The notes beneath the pieces were generated by a model, which was given only the letters and a program-made list of their open reading frames with translations, was not told the DNA's origin and made no database searches. This document shows positions 48,047-56,895 of a stretch of DNA of 56,895 bases, piece by piece. Every line of letters starts with the position of its first letter. Position 1 is the first letter of the stretch. The stretch is taken from positions 65,130-122,024 of the forward strand of contig MGKT01000002.1 in the NCBI GenBank assembly GCA_001794755.1. The letters are read 5' to 3'. Source of the DNA: Candidatus Yanofskybacteria bacterium RIFCSPLOWO2_02_FULL_44_18. Lineage in GTDB: Bacteria; Patescibacteriota; Minisyncoccia; 2-02-FULL-40-12; GWA2-44-9. Made by a program: the position numbers and the translations under genes.

Positions 48047-50152
48047 CTACTCATCATAACTACGCGCGCCGCCTTCGTATTCACATCTTGCGACATACAG
48101 AGGTTGAACATATGGTCTTCTAAGCTCAATCTCACGTTCACGGCTAAATGTTAACGCCAAAGCATCAATGGCATCTGGCGAAGAGAGGCCGTCATGCATC
48201 ATCTCATCTCTTGTCTTTACCCCAATCTTTTTATCCCCATGTACCTTATACTGCACCTGAGATAGTTGATTAAAAGCATTGTTTTCCAGAAGAACCAGAT
48301 TTTTTTCAATCCAGTTTTTGAGACGCCAACAACTTTGGGATCGAAGATTAATGAAATTCTTGCCATCATTTTCTGGAAACTCAGGTTCACTGCCCGGTTT
48401 AACTGCCACTACTTTCTGGGCTATATACCAGTTGTGGTTATCCAGCTGATTACGAAGCAACTCATACACTTCTTCACCAAGACCAAAAGTCTCCACAAAT
48501 ATATTCGATGGCTTAATATTAAATCGTTTTACGAGTTCAATAACTTGGTCGGCAATGACCGTAGGGTTAGCATGAGCATCCTGATACATAACCTGACCAC
48601 TGATAGCGGCTTTAAGCACGATCGTAGAAAACATACGTCCAGCACCTGTCGTGACCACTCCAATACGGAATGGCTCTGTCCATCGTTCCATCTTTGATAT
48701 GTATGCTTGCTCCATCCGTTCCTTAGTTAGCAGATATGAGTATTCATCAATGGCAGTATCTTTTTCAAATACTTTAATAACGAGTGTGGTAAACGCGTCG
48801 ATAAGATCGTCGTGTCGTTCTCTACCAAAGCCTAAGATCTGGTTGATGAGAATTTCGGCCCCTTGTCTAGGAAAGAGTACCTTAGCAGATTGAATAGCCG
48901 GAGCAGTCATGATCAATCGGGTCCGCTTATCATTCCCTCCAATTTTGAACTCCTCGGCTGGGAAGCCTTCGTCTCTTAACTGCTGAAAAAATGCCGATTG
49001 ATATGCAACCGATTCAATAAATAAATGGGCATATTCCATACTTCTTGATAGCTGCTTAGCTTGTTGAAGAGCAGTCGGAAAATCAAAGCGTTTATTAATA
49101 GGATTCGGCAAGATATATATCTTGAGATTATCTCGGGTGCCATACACTCGGGCAGAAATCATGGCCGTGAAATCAGCACTATTAGATTCACTGATTGCTA
49201 GATCAATACCAATACCGGTAAAGCGATAATCCAACGAACCAACATCCGGTAGGGTATCGTAATACTGAATCCATTCAGGATGGATAACCTGGTCATCATC
49301 CGGCAGAATATTGAGCATGAATTCTCGCTGAAAGGCACGTTCATCCATGGTGCGCTTAAGATCATCAATACTTTTATGATTTGGAAACTTTCCCGGCCAA
49401 GTGACTTGCTCGTTCTCATCAATCAAGGGATACCTTCGATATATGCCATCAAACTTTTTGCTTTTGATGTTCTGGATGAGTTTCATTAGAAGTGAGTCAT
49501 TATGGAGAAGATTGCCGATGATGATAATCCGAGTATGTAAATCACCGGCTGGAATGACATCGCCATTGAACCAAGCGAATAGCTTGTCCCGAGATTCCTG
49601 TGTTTTAACTGACTCAAGATCTTCTAAGTCATCTCCAATAATGAGGTCGGGGCGGTATTGGCCATGCCGGATACCGCGGATACTTTGCTCGGTAGAAGAA
49701 GCAAGGATCTTTGCACCATAGCGTGGGATGACTAACGCAAGCGAGCCCCACTCGTCCGTTTCTTCTTTGAACGGTCCCAAATCCATTTTTAGGAGGATAT
49801 TAGTTTCCAACTCTTTCTTGATATTTAATAGATGTTGACGAGCTTGGCGTTGGGTCTGGCTGGCAATGACGATTAATTTTTTTTGCTGATCACCAAGTAT
49901 CGCCCACAGCGGATACGACAAATTGAATATGGTGGACTTTGCCGAATTACGGAATGCAATGATGACCGCATTCTTGATCTTGGCGTTTTCAGTAATACGA
50001 AAGAAGTCCGTATGGAATGGCGCCGCTCGACTTTTGATATAGTGATTTAGATAGATAGCGAAAAACCATTCATGACTTTGACGAGCTATATCTCTCCGGA
50101 CTTTTCTATCATGAATGATTTTATTAACTAATTTTTTTGATGGTTTTTTCAT
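48047..50152 (-). CDS. phage terminase large subunit-like protein
   Basis: AFRNSAKST, IRGIRHGQYRPDLIIGDDLED, IIGN, FQREFM, IGIDLA, HDDLIDA. Confidence 0.85.
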   Translation of the reverse strand: MKKPSKKLVNKIIHDRKVRRDIARQSHEWFFAIYLNHYIKSRAAPFHTDFFRITENAKIKNAVIIAFRNSAKSTIFNLSYPLWAILGDQQKKLIVIASQTQRQARQHLLNIKKELETNILLKMDLGPFKEETDEWGSLALVIPRYGAKILASSTEQSIRGIRHGQYRPDLIIGDDLEDLESVKTQESRDKLFAWFNGDVIPAGDLHTRIIIIGNLLHNDSLLMKLIQNIKSKKFDGIYRRYPLIDENEQVTWPGKFPNHKSIDDLKRTMDERAFQREFMLNILPDDDQVIHPEWIQYYDTLPDVGSLDYRFTGIGIDLAISESNSADFTAMISARVYGTRDNLKIYILPNPINKRFDFPTALQQAKQLSRSMEYAHLFIESVAYQSAFFQQLRDEGFPAEEFKIGGNDKRTRLIMTAPAIQSAKVLFPRQGAEILINQILGFGRERHDDLIDAFTTLVIKVFEKDTAIDEYSYLLTKERMEQAYISKMERWTEPFRIGVVTTGAGRMFSTIVLKAAISGQVMYQDAHANPTVIADQVIELVKRFNIKPSNIFVETFGLGEEVYELLRNQLDNHNWYIAQKVVAVKPGSEPEFPENDGKNFINLRSQSCWRLKNWIEKNLVLLENNAFNQLSQVQYKVHGDKKIGVKTRDEMMHDGLSSPDAIDALALTFSREREIELRRPYVQPLYVARCEYEGGARSYDE

Positions 50153-50537
50153 GTTTATTTTTAGGCGATGAAGATACTAATCTCAAGGCCTGTTTAATGA
50201 GAGCTTCTTGCTCTGGGGTTAATTTTTCGGATGAATGTTTAAGGTGACCGCTAATTTCTAAGCGATCTGTATAGGTAGTATGATGGTTCTTGAGCCAGTA
50301 TATGACAGCAGTCATATTTTTGTCTCTGATTGCAGAAATAAGCTGGGACTCGGCCATATCATTTATCAGAAGAGATCCTTCGCTTAAAGCTTCGTCCGAA
50401 GCTTTCGCAAATTCTGTATCGCTTTTTCGCCAACGATAATATGTCATGCGACTGATACCAAGTTTTTCACAAGCTATTTGTACAATGGGAGTCTTTTTAA
50501 GTTGTTCGAGCAATAATGCTTTTTGATCTTTTTTCAT
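50124..50537 (-). CDS. HTH protein, probable terminase small subunit
   Basis: IVQIACEKLGISRMTYYRWRKSD, AESQL..AVIYWLK; directly upstream of TerL. Confidence 0.75.
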   Translation of the reverse strand: MKKDQKALLLEQLKKTPIVQIACEKLGISRMTYYRWRKSDTEFAKASDEALSEGSLLINDMAESQLISAIRDKNMTAVIYWLKNHHTTYTDRLEISGHLKHSSEKLTPEQEALIKQALRLVSSSPKNKHEKTIKKIS

Positions 50538-51295
50538 GATATTTTATTAGCCTTCATGCCGGTTAACTTTTCCCATCTCTGAATGGCAGTAAGGCAATAT
50601 TCGGAATCGATCTCTACTGCAAAGCATCTCCTTTTTGTTTGTTCACATGCCAGTAGTGTGGTTCCGCTACCCAAGAAGCCATCGTAGACAATTTCGCCAA
50701 TTTCAGAGCTATTGAGAATGAGTCGTCGTATAAGGCCAATGGGTTTAGTTGTCGGATGAAGTTTACTCTTTGATGGTCGTGGATAAAATATGACACTTTT
50801 ATCTTTCGAGTGACGGAATCGGTGAATACCATACCAGCCGTATAAAATAAGTTCGTGTTGGGGTGCGTAATCAAGGCGGCCTATTACTGCTTGCGATTTA
50901 ATCCATACCAGGAGTTGTGCAATTTTAAATCCAGCATCAATCATGCCTTCTCGTAGGGACCAGACCATTTTATCAGCGTTAAATATATATGCGGTATTCT
51001 TTTTGGTTAGAAATGGAACAACCACCTCAAGCCATGCTCGACTGAATACTCGGTAATCATTATTTGATTGTAAGTGGTCATTAAAGATCTCCTTGTCTTT
51101 TGATAGCATTAAAAACCCACGCTTTGATTCTACTACCGCCACACCGTATGGCGGATCGCAACAAATAAGGCTAATCTTTTCTTGCCCAACAAGATGTTTA
51201 AGAAGTTTTTGATCCCGGCAGTCACCATATGTGAGACGATGTACTCCTAACTGCCACATAGATCCGTATTTAATTGATTTTTCTTGATTTTTCAT
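50534..51295 (-). CDS. site-specific DNA methyltransferase (N6/N4 family)
   Basis: CDPPYG, HPTTKP, VYDGFLGSGTT; likely start ATG 51295. Confidence 0.9.
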   Translation of the reverse strand: MKNQEKSIKYGSMWQLGVHRLTYGDCRDQKLLKHLVGQEKISLICCDPPYGVAVVESKRGFLMLSKDKEIFNDHLQSNNDYRVFSRAWLEVVVPFLTKKNTAYIFNADKMVWSLREGMIDAGFKIAQLLVWIKSQAVIGRLDYAPQHELILYGWYGIHRFRHSKDKSVIFYPRPSKSKLHPTTKPIGLIRRLILNSSEIGEIVYDGFLGSGTTLLACEQTKRRCFAVEIDSEYCLTAIQRWEKLTGMKANKIS

Positions 51296-52553
51296 TGGTA
51301 AGTTTTTCGTACCTATTAATCGCCAGCTGAACAAATACTGGCTCCTGTTCGATCATATATGCAGAACGTTTCAATTGTTGGCACGCAACCATAAGACTTG
51401 CCGAGCCAGAAAAAAGATCAAGTATAATATCGTTCTGCTTAGTACATCGTCGAAGTGGCCGTTCGTGAAGACTTGGGGGCTTTTCCGTAGGATGCTCGTA
51501 TTTAGAGCCACCAAGTCGTTTTACAAGCCAGATATCAATAAGATCGTAGATGTCATCAATGGTGCGATTACCGCTTCCCACTTCACGATTTAGAATTTCC
51601 GATAAATTTAAAACCCGATTGGATAGATAGGGTTTTCCAATAACGCCATATATGCACGGCTCATATTGCTTATTAAAGGCAACCTTAGGTGTGGGCATGC
51701 TGTTATTCTTTATCCACAAACACGTCCGCTTGTAGGTTATGCCTAAGTCCCTATAAAGGTTCTGGAGAAGCCAGGCATAGCGTTGGTCGCAATAAGTGAA
51801 GATGTGAGAATCTTTAGCACAAACTGACAAACCATTTTTAAGGGACTCCCGAAGAAACATTTCGTAATCACTGTCCGACTTTGCGTCATTAATCTTGCCG
51901 CCATAATTTCCATTACCACCGATGCCTTTGTCATAGGAAAGACCGATATTAAAGGGCGGATCAGTTAATATGACATTGGCTCGTTTGCCAGCCATAAGTT
52001 TGTGTATTGATTCGGGATCTGCACTATTGGCACAGAGGATACGATGTGACCCAAGTTGATATAAATTGCCCGGCTTAACAGATGTCTTTCTAATTTTCTT
52101 TGTTTCTTTTTCTACATTGAACTCATCGTCTTCAACTGTCAGATCGTCAAATATTAGCGATAAATCAGAATCTTCAAAGCCACTTGCCAAAATAGTCTCA
52201 ATATCAAAGTTTTCCGCCAGTTTATCCCAGTCAAAATCTCCATGTAGACGATTGCTTGTAAGCAAGTATTGATTGTATTCTCTCTCTGTAAGCTTGCGAT
52301 TTGGAATACGAACTGGGATTGATTCATTTTCACGGCCAATCAACCGTAATGCCAAGAGCCTCTGATGCCCAGCAATTACCCGGTTGCCGAGATCAACAAT
52401 TGGGATTTCAACTAAGCCAAATTTCCGGAGGCTCTTTTTCAAGTCATTGAGTTGCTTTGGACTGATAACCCGAGGATTCTTGGAATTCGGTACTAATTCT
52501 GCAACCACACGTTCCTCCGTATGCCATTGTAACTTTGCTTTTATTTTGGTCAT
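51270..52553 (-). CDS. ParB-like domain fused to DNA methyltransferase (N6/N4 family)
   Basis: NPRVIS..IAGHQRL (ParB-like), TDPPFN, HPTEKP, LDLFSGSAS. Confidence 0.9.
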   Translation of the reverse strand: MTKIKAKLQWHTEERVVAELVPNSKNPRVISPKQLNDLKKSLRKFGLVEIPIVDLGNRVIAGHQRLLALRLIGRENESIPVRIPNRKLTEREYNQYLLTSNRLHGDFDWDKLAENFDIETILASGFEDSDLSLIFDDLTVEDDEFNVEKETKKIRKTSVKPGNLYQLGSHRILCANSADPESIHKLMAGKRANVILTDPPFNIGLSYDKGIGGNGNYGGKINDAKSDSDYEMFLRESLKNGLSVCAKDSHIFTYCDQRYAWLLQNLYRDLGITYKRTCLWIKNNSMPTPKVAFNKQYEPCIYGVIGKPYLSNRVLNLSEILNREVGSGNRTIDDIYDLIDIWLVKRLGGSKYEHPTEKPPSLHERPLRRCTKQNDIILDLFSGSASLMVACQQLKRSAYMIEQEPVFVQLAINRYEKLTNEKSRKIN

Positions 52554-52555
52554 AA

Positions 52556-52714
52556 AATAAAACGTCCCGAAATTAGGACCCGTCTTATCTAAAAGACAGA
52601 GACTAATTTCGGGACTTGTTTACCGACATGAGTAGCAGTCAGCTATTCATGGCACGCAATAATGCGTTAACTATTCAATTAATTTAATTATACAACATAT
52701 CCTGGGAGGGTCAA
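52556..52714 (-). promoter_or_regulatory. promoter and structured leader with terminator-like hairpin before the methylase/terminase operon
   Basis: TTGACC-N16-TATAAT near 52714-52686; 13-bp stem 52564-52576/52603-52615 followed by TTTTATTTT and then ATG. Confidence 0.55.
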
Positions 52715-52730
52715 ATAAAACTGTGGATAT

Positions 52731-53462
52731 CTATTTCTGGTCAGATCTTTTTAATGCTTTCAACTCTTCTATTCTCTTGTCCCAGGCCGATAAAGGCAAG
52801 AGATCAAGCTGCTTTTGCACTTTTTGTGCCATTATCTCATGCTTATCATTTCTTTCATGTATAAATTTTTCTTCTTCATCTAAGAGCTTTGTATATTTTT
52901 CGGTATCGGCGTATATATTCTTTATCTCCTGCACGCCCAGCTCTTTTTTAAGATGTTTTAGGCGAGATAAGGCCTTAAATTTATATGCCATTGAAGCTAA
53001 GATTAGAAATTGAATTTGGCATTCAAATTTATCAAGTCTCCAAGTTCTTATAAATTCTGCGTAGACCATGGCTAAGTTCTTATTACTATCATCTGTCATT
53101 ATTTTGTATATTTTTCTCTGATTTTCCGATAAGGTTTCTAAGAATTTTAATTTCTCTCTTTGGGTTAATCTCGGTATATTGCTGAACCTAAAATCAAAAT
53201 AATCAAGTTTATCGGCATTTAATCTGGCCATGATTTTGTCCTGTCGCTTTAAAATATCGTCCAGAAGACTAGATTCAAATTCATTATCTTGTTTACATCC
53301 AGGACATTTTGCTTGTATTTGATCAAAAGTAATATCAATTTCAGTCTGATCCTTTTTAGAGCGTATTCTTATGCCGGAGCCGGATATAAGATCAATATCA
53401 AAGCGGTAGCCACATGGACAGTATAGTTTGCCATCTTCGACAATTGATTTTACGGGAAACAT
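52731..53462 (-). CDS. hypothetical protein with zinc-ribbon N-terminus
   Basis: CPCG...CPGC; helical C-terminus. Confidence 0.65.
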   Translation of the reverse strand: MFPVKSIVEDGKLYCPCGYRFDIDLISGSGIRIRSKKDQTEIDITFDQIQAKCPGCKQDNEFESSLLDDILKRQDKIMARLNADKLDYFDFRFSNIPRLTQREKLKFLETLSENQRKIYKIMTDDSNKNLAMVYAEFIRTWRLDKFECQIQFLILASMAYKFKALSRLKHLKKELGVQEIKNIYADTEKYTKLLDEEEKFIHERNDKHEIMAQKVQKQLDLLPLSAWDKRIEELKALKRSDQK

Positions 53463-53475
53463 TTAAATATTTATC

Positions 53476-56079
53476 TTAAATTGGTAACCATTTTTTAGTT
53501 TTTCTTGTTTCTTTTTTTCTAGGCTCTAGTAATCCTATAAGCTGAGTGATGAGGGCTTTATTCTGTTCATCTACCGTTTTATCTTCGATATTTTTAATCT
53601 CCCTTAGCAGGGTGCTTCTAGTTCGTTGACTTGAAACTATGTAGTCAACTGATTTAATGAGTTCTTCTAATTTTGAAAGGATATAAAAACGTCTTTGTTC
53701 ATTCCCTGAACCTAGTTGTTTGGCCAAGCTTTCTAAAAAGGGAATCAATCTATCCCCGAACTCTTTTTTCATATCTGGGTGGAATATGGCATTAACAATT
53801 TGATCAAGATCAGCATCACTGGCTTTTTTGGCATTATCAATATAAATTTCTACAAACTTATTAAAATCAATGTCTGGGAGATTGACTCTTGACTGTATCA
53901 TACCTGCCACAAAGACTTGGTCAGCCACATTCGTGCCACTGGCAATAGTAAACAATGCAGCCTCAATCTCGTTAATTCTTGCTGAAGTAATATTACCTCG
54001 AAACTGGTTAATCAAGTCTATCACTAGCTCTTTTTGATTGTTGGCCTTATTCTTTAGTGCTTCGACAAGATTGTGTTGGATGGTCTCAGATTCAGTGAAT
54101 CTCTCTGGAAACAACTTCTTTATAAAACCTAGTGCAGCATCAAAGTCTTCGTCAGACCCTGTCAGTTTTTCTGCTATCAAGTTTTCGAATCCCTCAGCGA
54201 TTTCGGGAGTTAAAGACTTTTGCTCAGCGATAAATGCATTTATAATCTGGCTTCTTGTGGGAGCATCGATGAACGGAGGTTCTTTTACTAAGACGTCAGC
54301 TGATTCTTTATCAATAAAAGGTAGTATCTTTTCGATATCTATAGACTGTAAAGCTGCCAATTCTGTAGCGTACTTTTGTCGCGAGATAACCAATAACTCT
54401 TTTATTCTCTGAAGACGTAGTCGTGGTTCTTCCAATAGAGATACTGCGTGAAATAAGCTTCTTATGATGTTAATTTTTTCTGGTGCTTGAGTTTGTACTA
54501 AATCATACTCAGCTTTGATGCCTTCTATGTAAGAGTTCCTGGGAAGATCGGTCAGTCCTGTAATAATTTTTGTCAGATTTTCGATGTCACCATTTTTGGC
54601 CAGTGCCTTTATCTCTGTCGGATCAACTGTTCTAGTCTCCGTAAATCCGGTTGATCCAGAAAAGTGTAGGAAATAATAGGGATCAATTGTTTTTTCTTCT
54701 TCAGATCGGTTTATCGAATTAAAGAATTTCGGCTCTTGGGCTATGAGCTTTTGTAGATCCTTATCTTCTGCTATCTCGCCGCTCTCATATCCCTGAAGAA
54801 GCTTTGGCTCGTTGGGTAATTTTTCATAGAAATCTGGAAAGCGATCTTGAATAATCAATATCTTGCCTAACAACTCCGGAGAGTTTTTAACTTTAACTAG
54901 ATTTGTATATTCTTGACTATTCTTGTTTGCGATACTATTCAGCTTTCCTTGGACAGCTTCTAGCTGGAAAAACAGGGTTCTAAGAAAATGCTTTATCTTT
55001 CTCGGATTACTATCAAAATTATTTAGTGCCAAGTCGATAAGATACTCCTTGGCGTATGGATGAGTAAAATTGAGAACTGACGTTGCATCGATCATCTGAT
55101 TTACCCATGGCCCTAAGACATCCTTTGTAGCTTTTGGCAGAATAAAGTTAATCTGAAATATCTTTTTTAAATACTCGGTTGCTTCCTTCTGTTTGACCTC
55201 GGTAGTTTTCTTTATATCCACTAACCCCGTAGTGTCGTTAAGCTCAGGATCAAGATTCAGAAAATTACTAATATAGCGACGAATTACTGTATGGTCAGCA
55301 GTAATCACATACACGCAATGAGGATTATTGAAAAACGTAAATAGAGCTGTAAGTATCTGCTCGACTTCTTTGTGATTACAACGATCAAGATCGTCCACAA
55401 AGATAACTATCCGTTTGGGCGGATTCCCCGACGCCATCAGTTCTTCAACGACCTCATTAAATTTATCTTCGAACTGCTCGGCCGATTCTATTTTAGGGAT
55501 TATCTGTTTGACCTTTATTTCTGTGACCTTTTGTATTACTGGTATAAAAGCAAGGAAAATAGGAAGTAAAAGATTATTAAGAAGAGTTTGAGTTACATTG
55601 AGGCGTACTCCCAATATATGTTTTAGTGACCATACAACAACTACAAATCCCATACCCAAGAGAAAGGCGTGCTTTAGAAAGATATTTATTTGTCGTGTAA
55701 ATATGTCATCATACTCTTCTTTTGTTAAATCCTTATCTTTCTGGATTTCGGCATAAAATTCTCCGTGATCAATTTTCTTATCGAGTTGAGAGTATATGTC
55801 AATAATAAATTTTCTTTTTATAGAGATTTCATCTTGTGTGTATTTCCACGGCTCAAACTTAAGAACTTTATAATTTAGAGCTTCTAGCTTTGGTTGGAGT
55901 TGCTGCAATATGGATGACTTGCCCTCGCCCCATCTTGCTGATATTCCGAAGTTGAAACCTTCATCAGAGTCTTCGATTGTTTTAACAATGGCGTCTACAA
56001 ACGGCTCTCTACCAAAGAGATCATTTTTTGCTGGGTTATCCCACTTGCTTACACCGTGAGTTTTATCGGACTGTATCAT
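53476..56079 (-). CDS. KAP family P-loop NTPase
   Basis: DLFGR, ARWGEGKS, FEPWKY, two TM helices inserted in the NTPase, IFVDDLDRC, EYLKKIFQINFILP, NPRKIK. Confidence 0.9.
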   Translation of the reverse strand: MIQSDKTHGVSKWDNPAKNDLFGREPFVDAIVKTIEDSDEGFNFGISARWGEGKSSILQQLQPKLEALNYKVLKFEPWKYTQDEISIKRKFIIDIYSQLDKKIDHGEFYAEIQKDKDLTKEEYDDIFTRQINIFLKHAFLLGMGFVVVVWSLKHILGVRLNVTQTLLNNLLLPIFLAFIPVIQKVTEIKVKQIIPKIESAEQFEDKFNEVVEELMASGNPPKRIVIFVDDLDRCNHKEVEQILTALFTFFNNPHCVYVITADHTVIRRYISNFLNLDPELNDTTGLVDIKKTTEVKQKEATEYLKKIFQINFILPKATKDVLGPWVNQMIDATSVLNFTHPYAKEYLIDLALNNFDSNPRKIKHFLRTLFFQLEAVQGKLNSIANKNSQEYTNLVKVKNSPELLGKILIIQDRFPDFYEKLPNEPKLLQGYESGEIAEDKDLQKLIAQEPKFFNSINRSEEEKTIDPYYFLHFSGSTGFTETRTVDPTEIKALAKNGDIENLTKIITGLTDLPRNSYIEGIKAEYDLVQTQAPEKINIIRSLFHAVSLLEEPRLRLQRIKELLVISRQKYATELAALQSIDIEKILPFIDKESADVLVKEPPFIDAPTRSQIINAFIAEQKSLTPEIAEGFENLIAEKLTGSDEDFDAALGFIKKLFPERFTESETIQHNLVEALKNKANNQKELVIDLINQFRGNITSARINEIEAALFTIASGTNVADQVFVAGMIQSRVNLPDIDFNKFVEIYIDNAKKASDADLDQIVNAIFHPDMKKEFGDRLIPFLESLAKQLGSGNEQRRFYILSKLEELIKSVDYIVSSQRTRSTLLREIKNIEDKTVDEQNKALITQLIGLLEPRKKETRKTKKWLPI

Positions 56080-56092
56080 ATTAGATCAAAGA

Positions 56093-56617
56093 TTATTCAA
56101 GAGTAGTATGAACATGAAATCCACATGCTCGACAGATCCCATTCATGTTCGTATCCCCATTAACTGCGAATTCGAATCGGCTTTCTTGGCAAACAGGACA
56201 TTGAACTGAACCCCATTTTCTTTCGTGAGCTTCTACTCTTCTGATAACCTCTCTGACATTTTTAACATACCCATCGACTTCGGGTTTGTTATCAAGATAG
56301 CCTTGAATCCATAGGTCAGTAGTAATTCTGCCGGCAGATGTTTCCTTGTATAGAATCTTTCCTTCATTCAAAAGTTTTTCCCAGTACTGTCGGGACTTAC
56401 CATATTTATCTGCGATATCTCGAGAAGACATGACCTGAGCATTGAAGGGAATATACCCCGACTGCTCCATACTTTCATAGCAAGCCCTTATAGCGTCTGC
56501 AATTATTCGCTCTTTTTCGCTTTTACTAAATTTGCCAGTGAGGTCCACACCTAAACTAAGAGTGCCGCCACTACTAGTATTTGCATGCCAATAAAATTTT
56601 CGATCATCAGTATCCAT
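56093..56617 (-). CDS. HTH plus zinc-ribbon protein
   Basis: MSSRDIADKYGKSRQYWEKLLNEGKI (excisionase/MerR-like HTH); CPVC...CRAC. Confidence 0.65.
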   Translation of the reverse strand: MDTDDRKFYWHANTSSGGTLSLGVDLTGKFSKSEKERIIADAIRACYESMEQSGYIPFNAQVMSSRDIADKYGKSRQYWEKLLNEGKILYKETSAGRITTDLWIQGYLDNKPEVDGYVKNVREVIRRVEAHERKWGSVQCPVCQESRFEFAVNGDTNMNGICRACGFHVHTTLE

Positions 56618-56726
56618 AATCCCAGCCTACTATACTTGGTTTCTTTTGGCAACCTGTTATTGTGGATAGTGACACGTCTATATCCTTTTATGGTGTAACA
56701 TTTGTAACATTTTGATTCCTGGACCT

Positions 56727-56741
56727 AGACCCGAGTGCCTC
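56727..56741 (+). repeat. right copy of 15-bp direct repeat (candidate att core)
   Basis: AGACCCGAGTGCCTC, identical to 36229-36243. Confidence 0.5.
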
Positions 56742-56895
56742 AAAAGCAGCCCTTTTCAGACCACTCAGAAACCCTTATACTGCCTTATACCCACTGGTAC
56801 TTAACCCGAGTGGCCCGCCATGGGTATTGCATTCGCTTTTCTTGCTCTTATTTTTTGGGGGATTGGGGATTTTTTAATTCAGCGAAGCGTCCGAA

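Larger units (their letters stand above)
36229..56741. mobile_element. integrative island next to tRNA-Ser (serine recombinase, DGR, terminase/methylase module, KAP NTPase)
   Basis: 15-bp direct repeat AGACCCGAGTGCCTC at 36229-36243 and 56727-56741; shift to AT-rich sequence; recombinase near the left end. Confidence 0.65.

Noticed and set aside
36229-56741. Complete prophage
   Set aside because: No recognisable portal, capsid, tail, lysis or replication genes

Overview
Bacterial chromosome segment, most likely from a Candidate Phyla Radiation/Parcubacteria-type genome (inferred from gene content and compact proteins). Left two thirds (1-36.2 kb): housekeeping genes (ftsK, recA, rpsR-ssb-rpsF, ychF, proS, hisS, uvrC, groES/groEL with a CIRCE, tRNA-Ser) interleaved with GC-rich accessory genes that each carry their own promoter, Shine-Dalgarno and terminator. 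One of these is a MoxR-AAA+/vWA pair separated by a highly structured 660-nt spacer. Right third (about 36.2-56.7 kb): an AT-rich island next to tRNA-Ser, bracketed by a 15-bp direct repeat. It carries a large serine recombinase, terminase and DNA-methyltransferase genes without visible capsid genes, a KAP NTPase, and a complete diversity-generating retroelement (DGR: RT, antisense avd, 117-nt TR). The single TR diversifies three paralogous CLec-type genes; all 50 TR/VR mismatches fall at TR adenines. These targets alternate with a second MoxR-AAA+ and vWA gene in one operon-like array. The DGR module is flanked by two copies of an unidentified covarying, promoter-bearing, probably pseudoknotted RNA of about 145-155 nt. 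The same helix strand of each copy is complementary to sequence just upstream of a start codon in the island. All counts were made by eye; no searches or folding programs were run.
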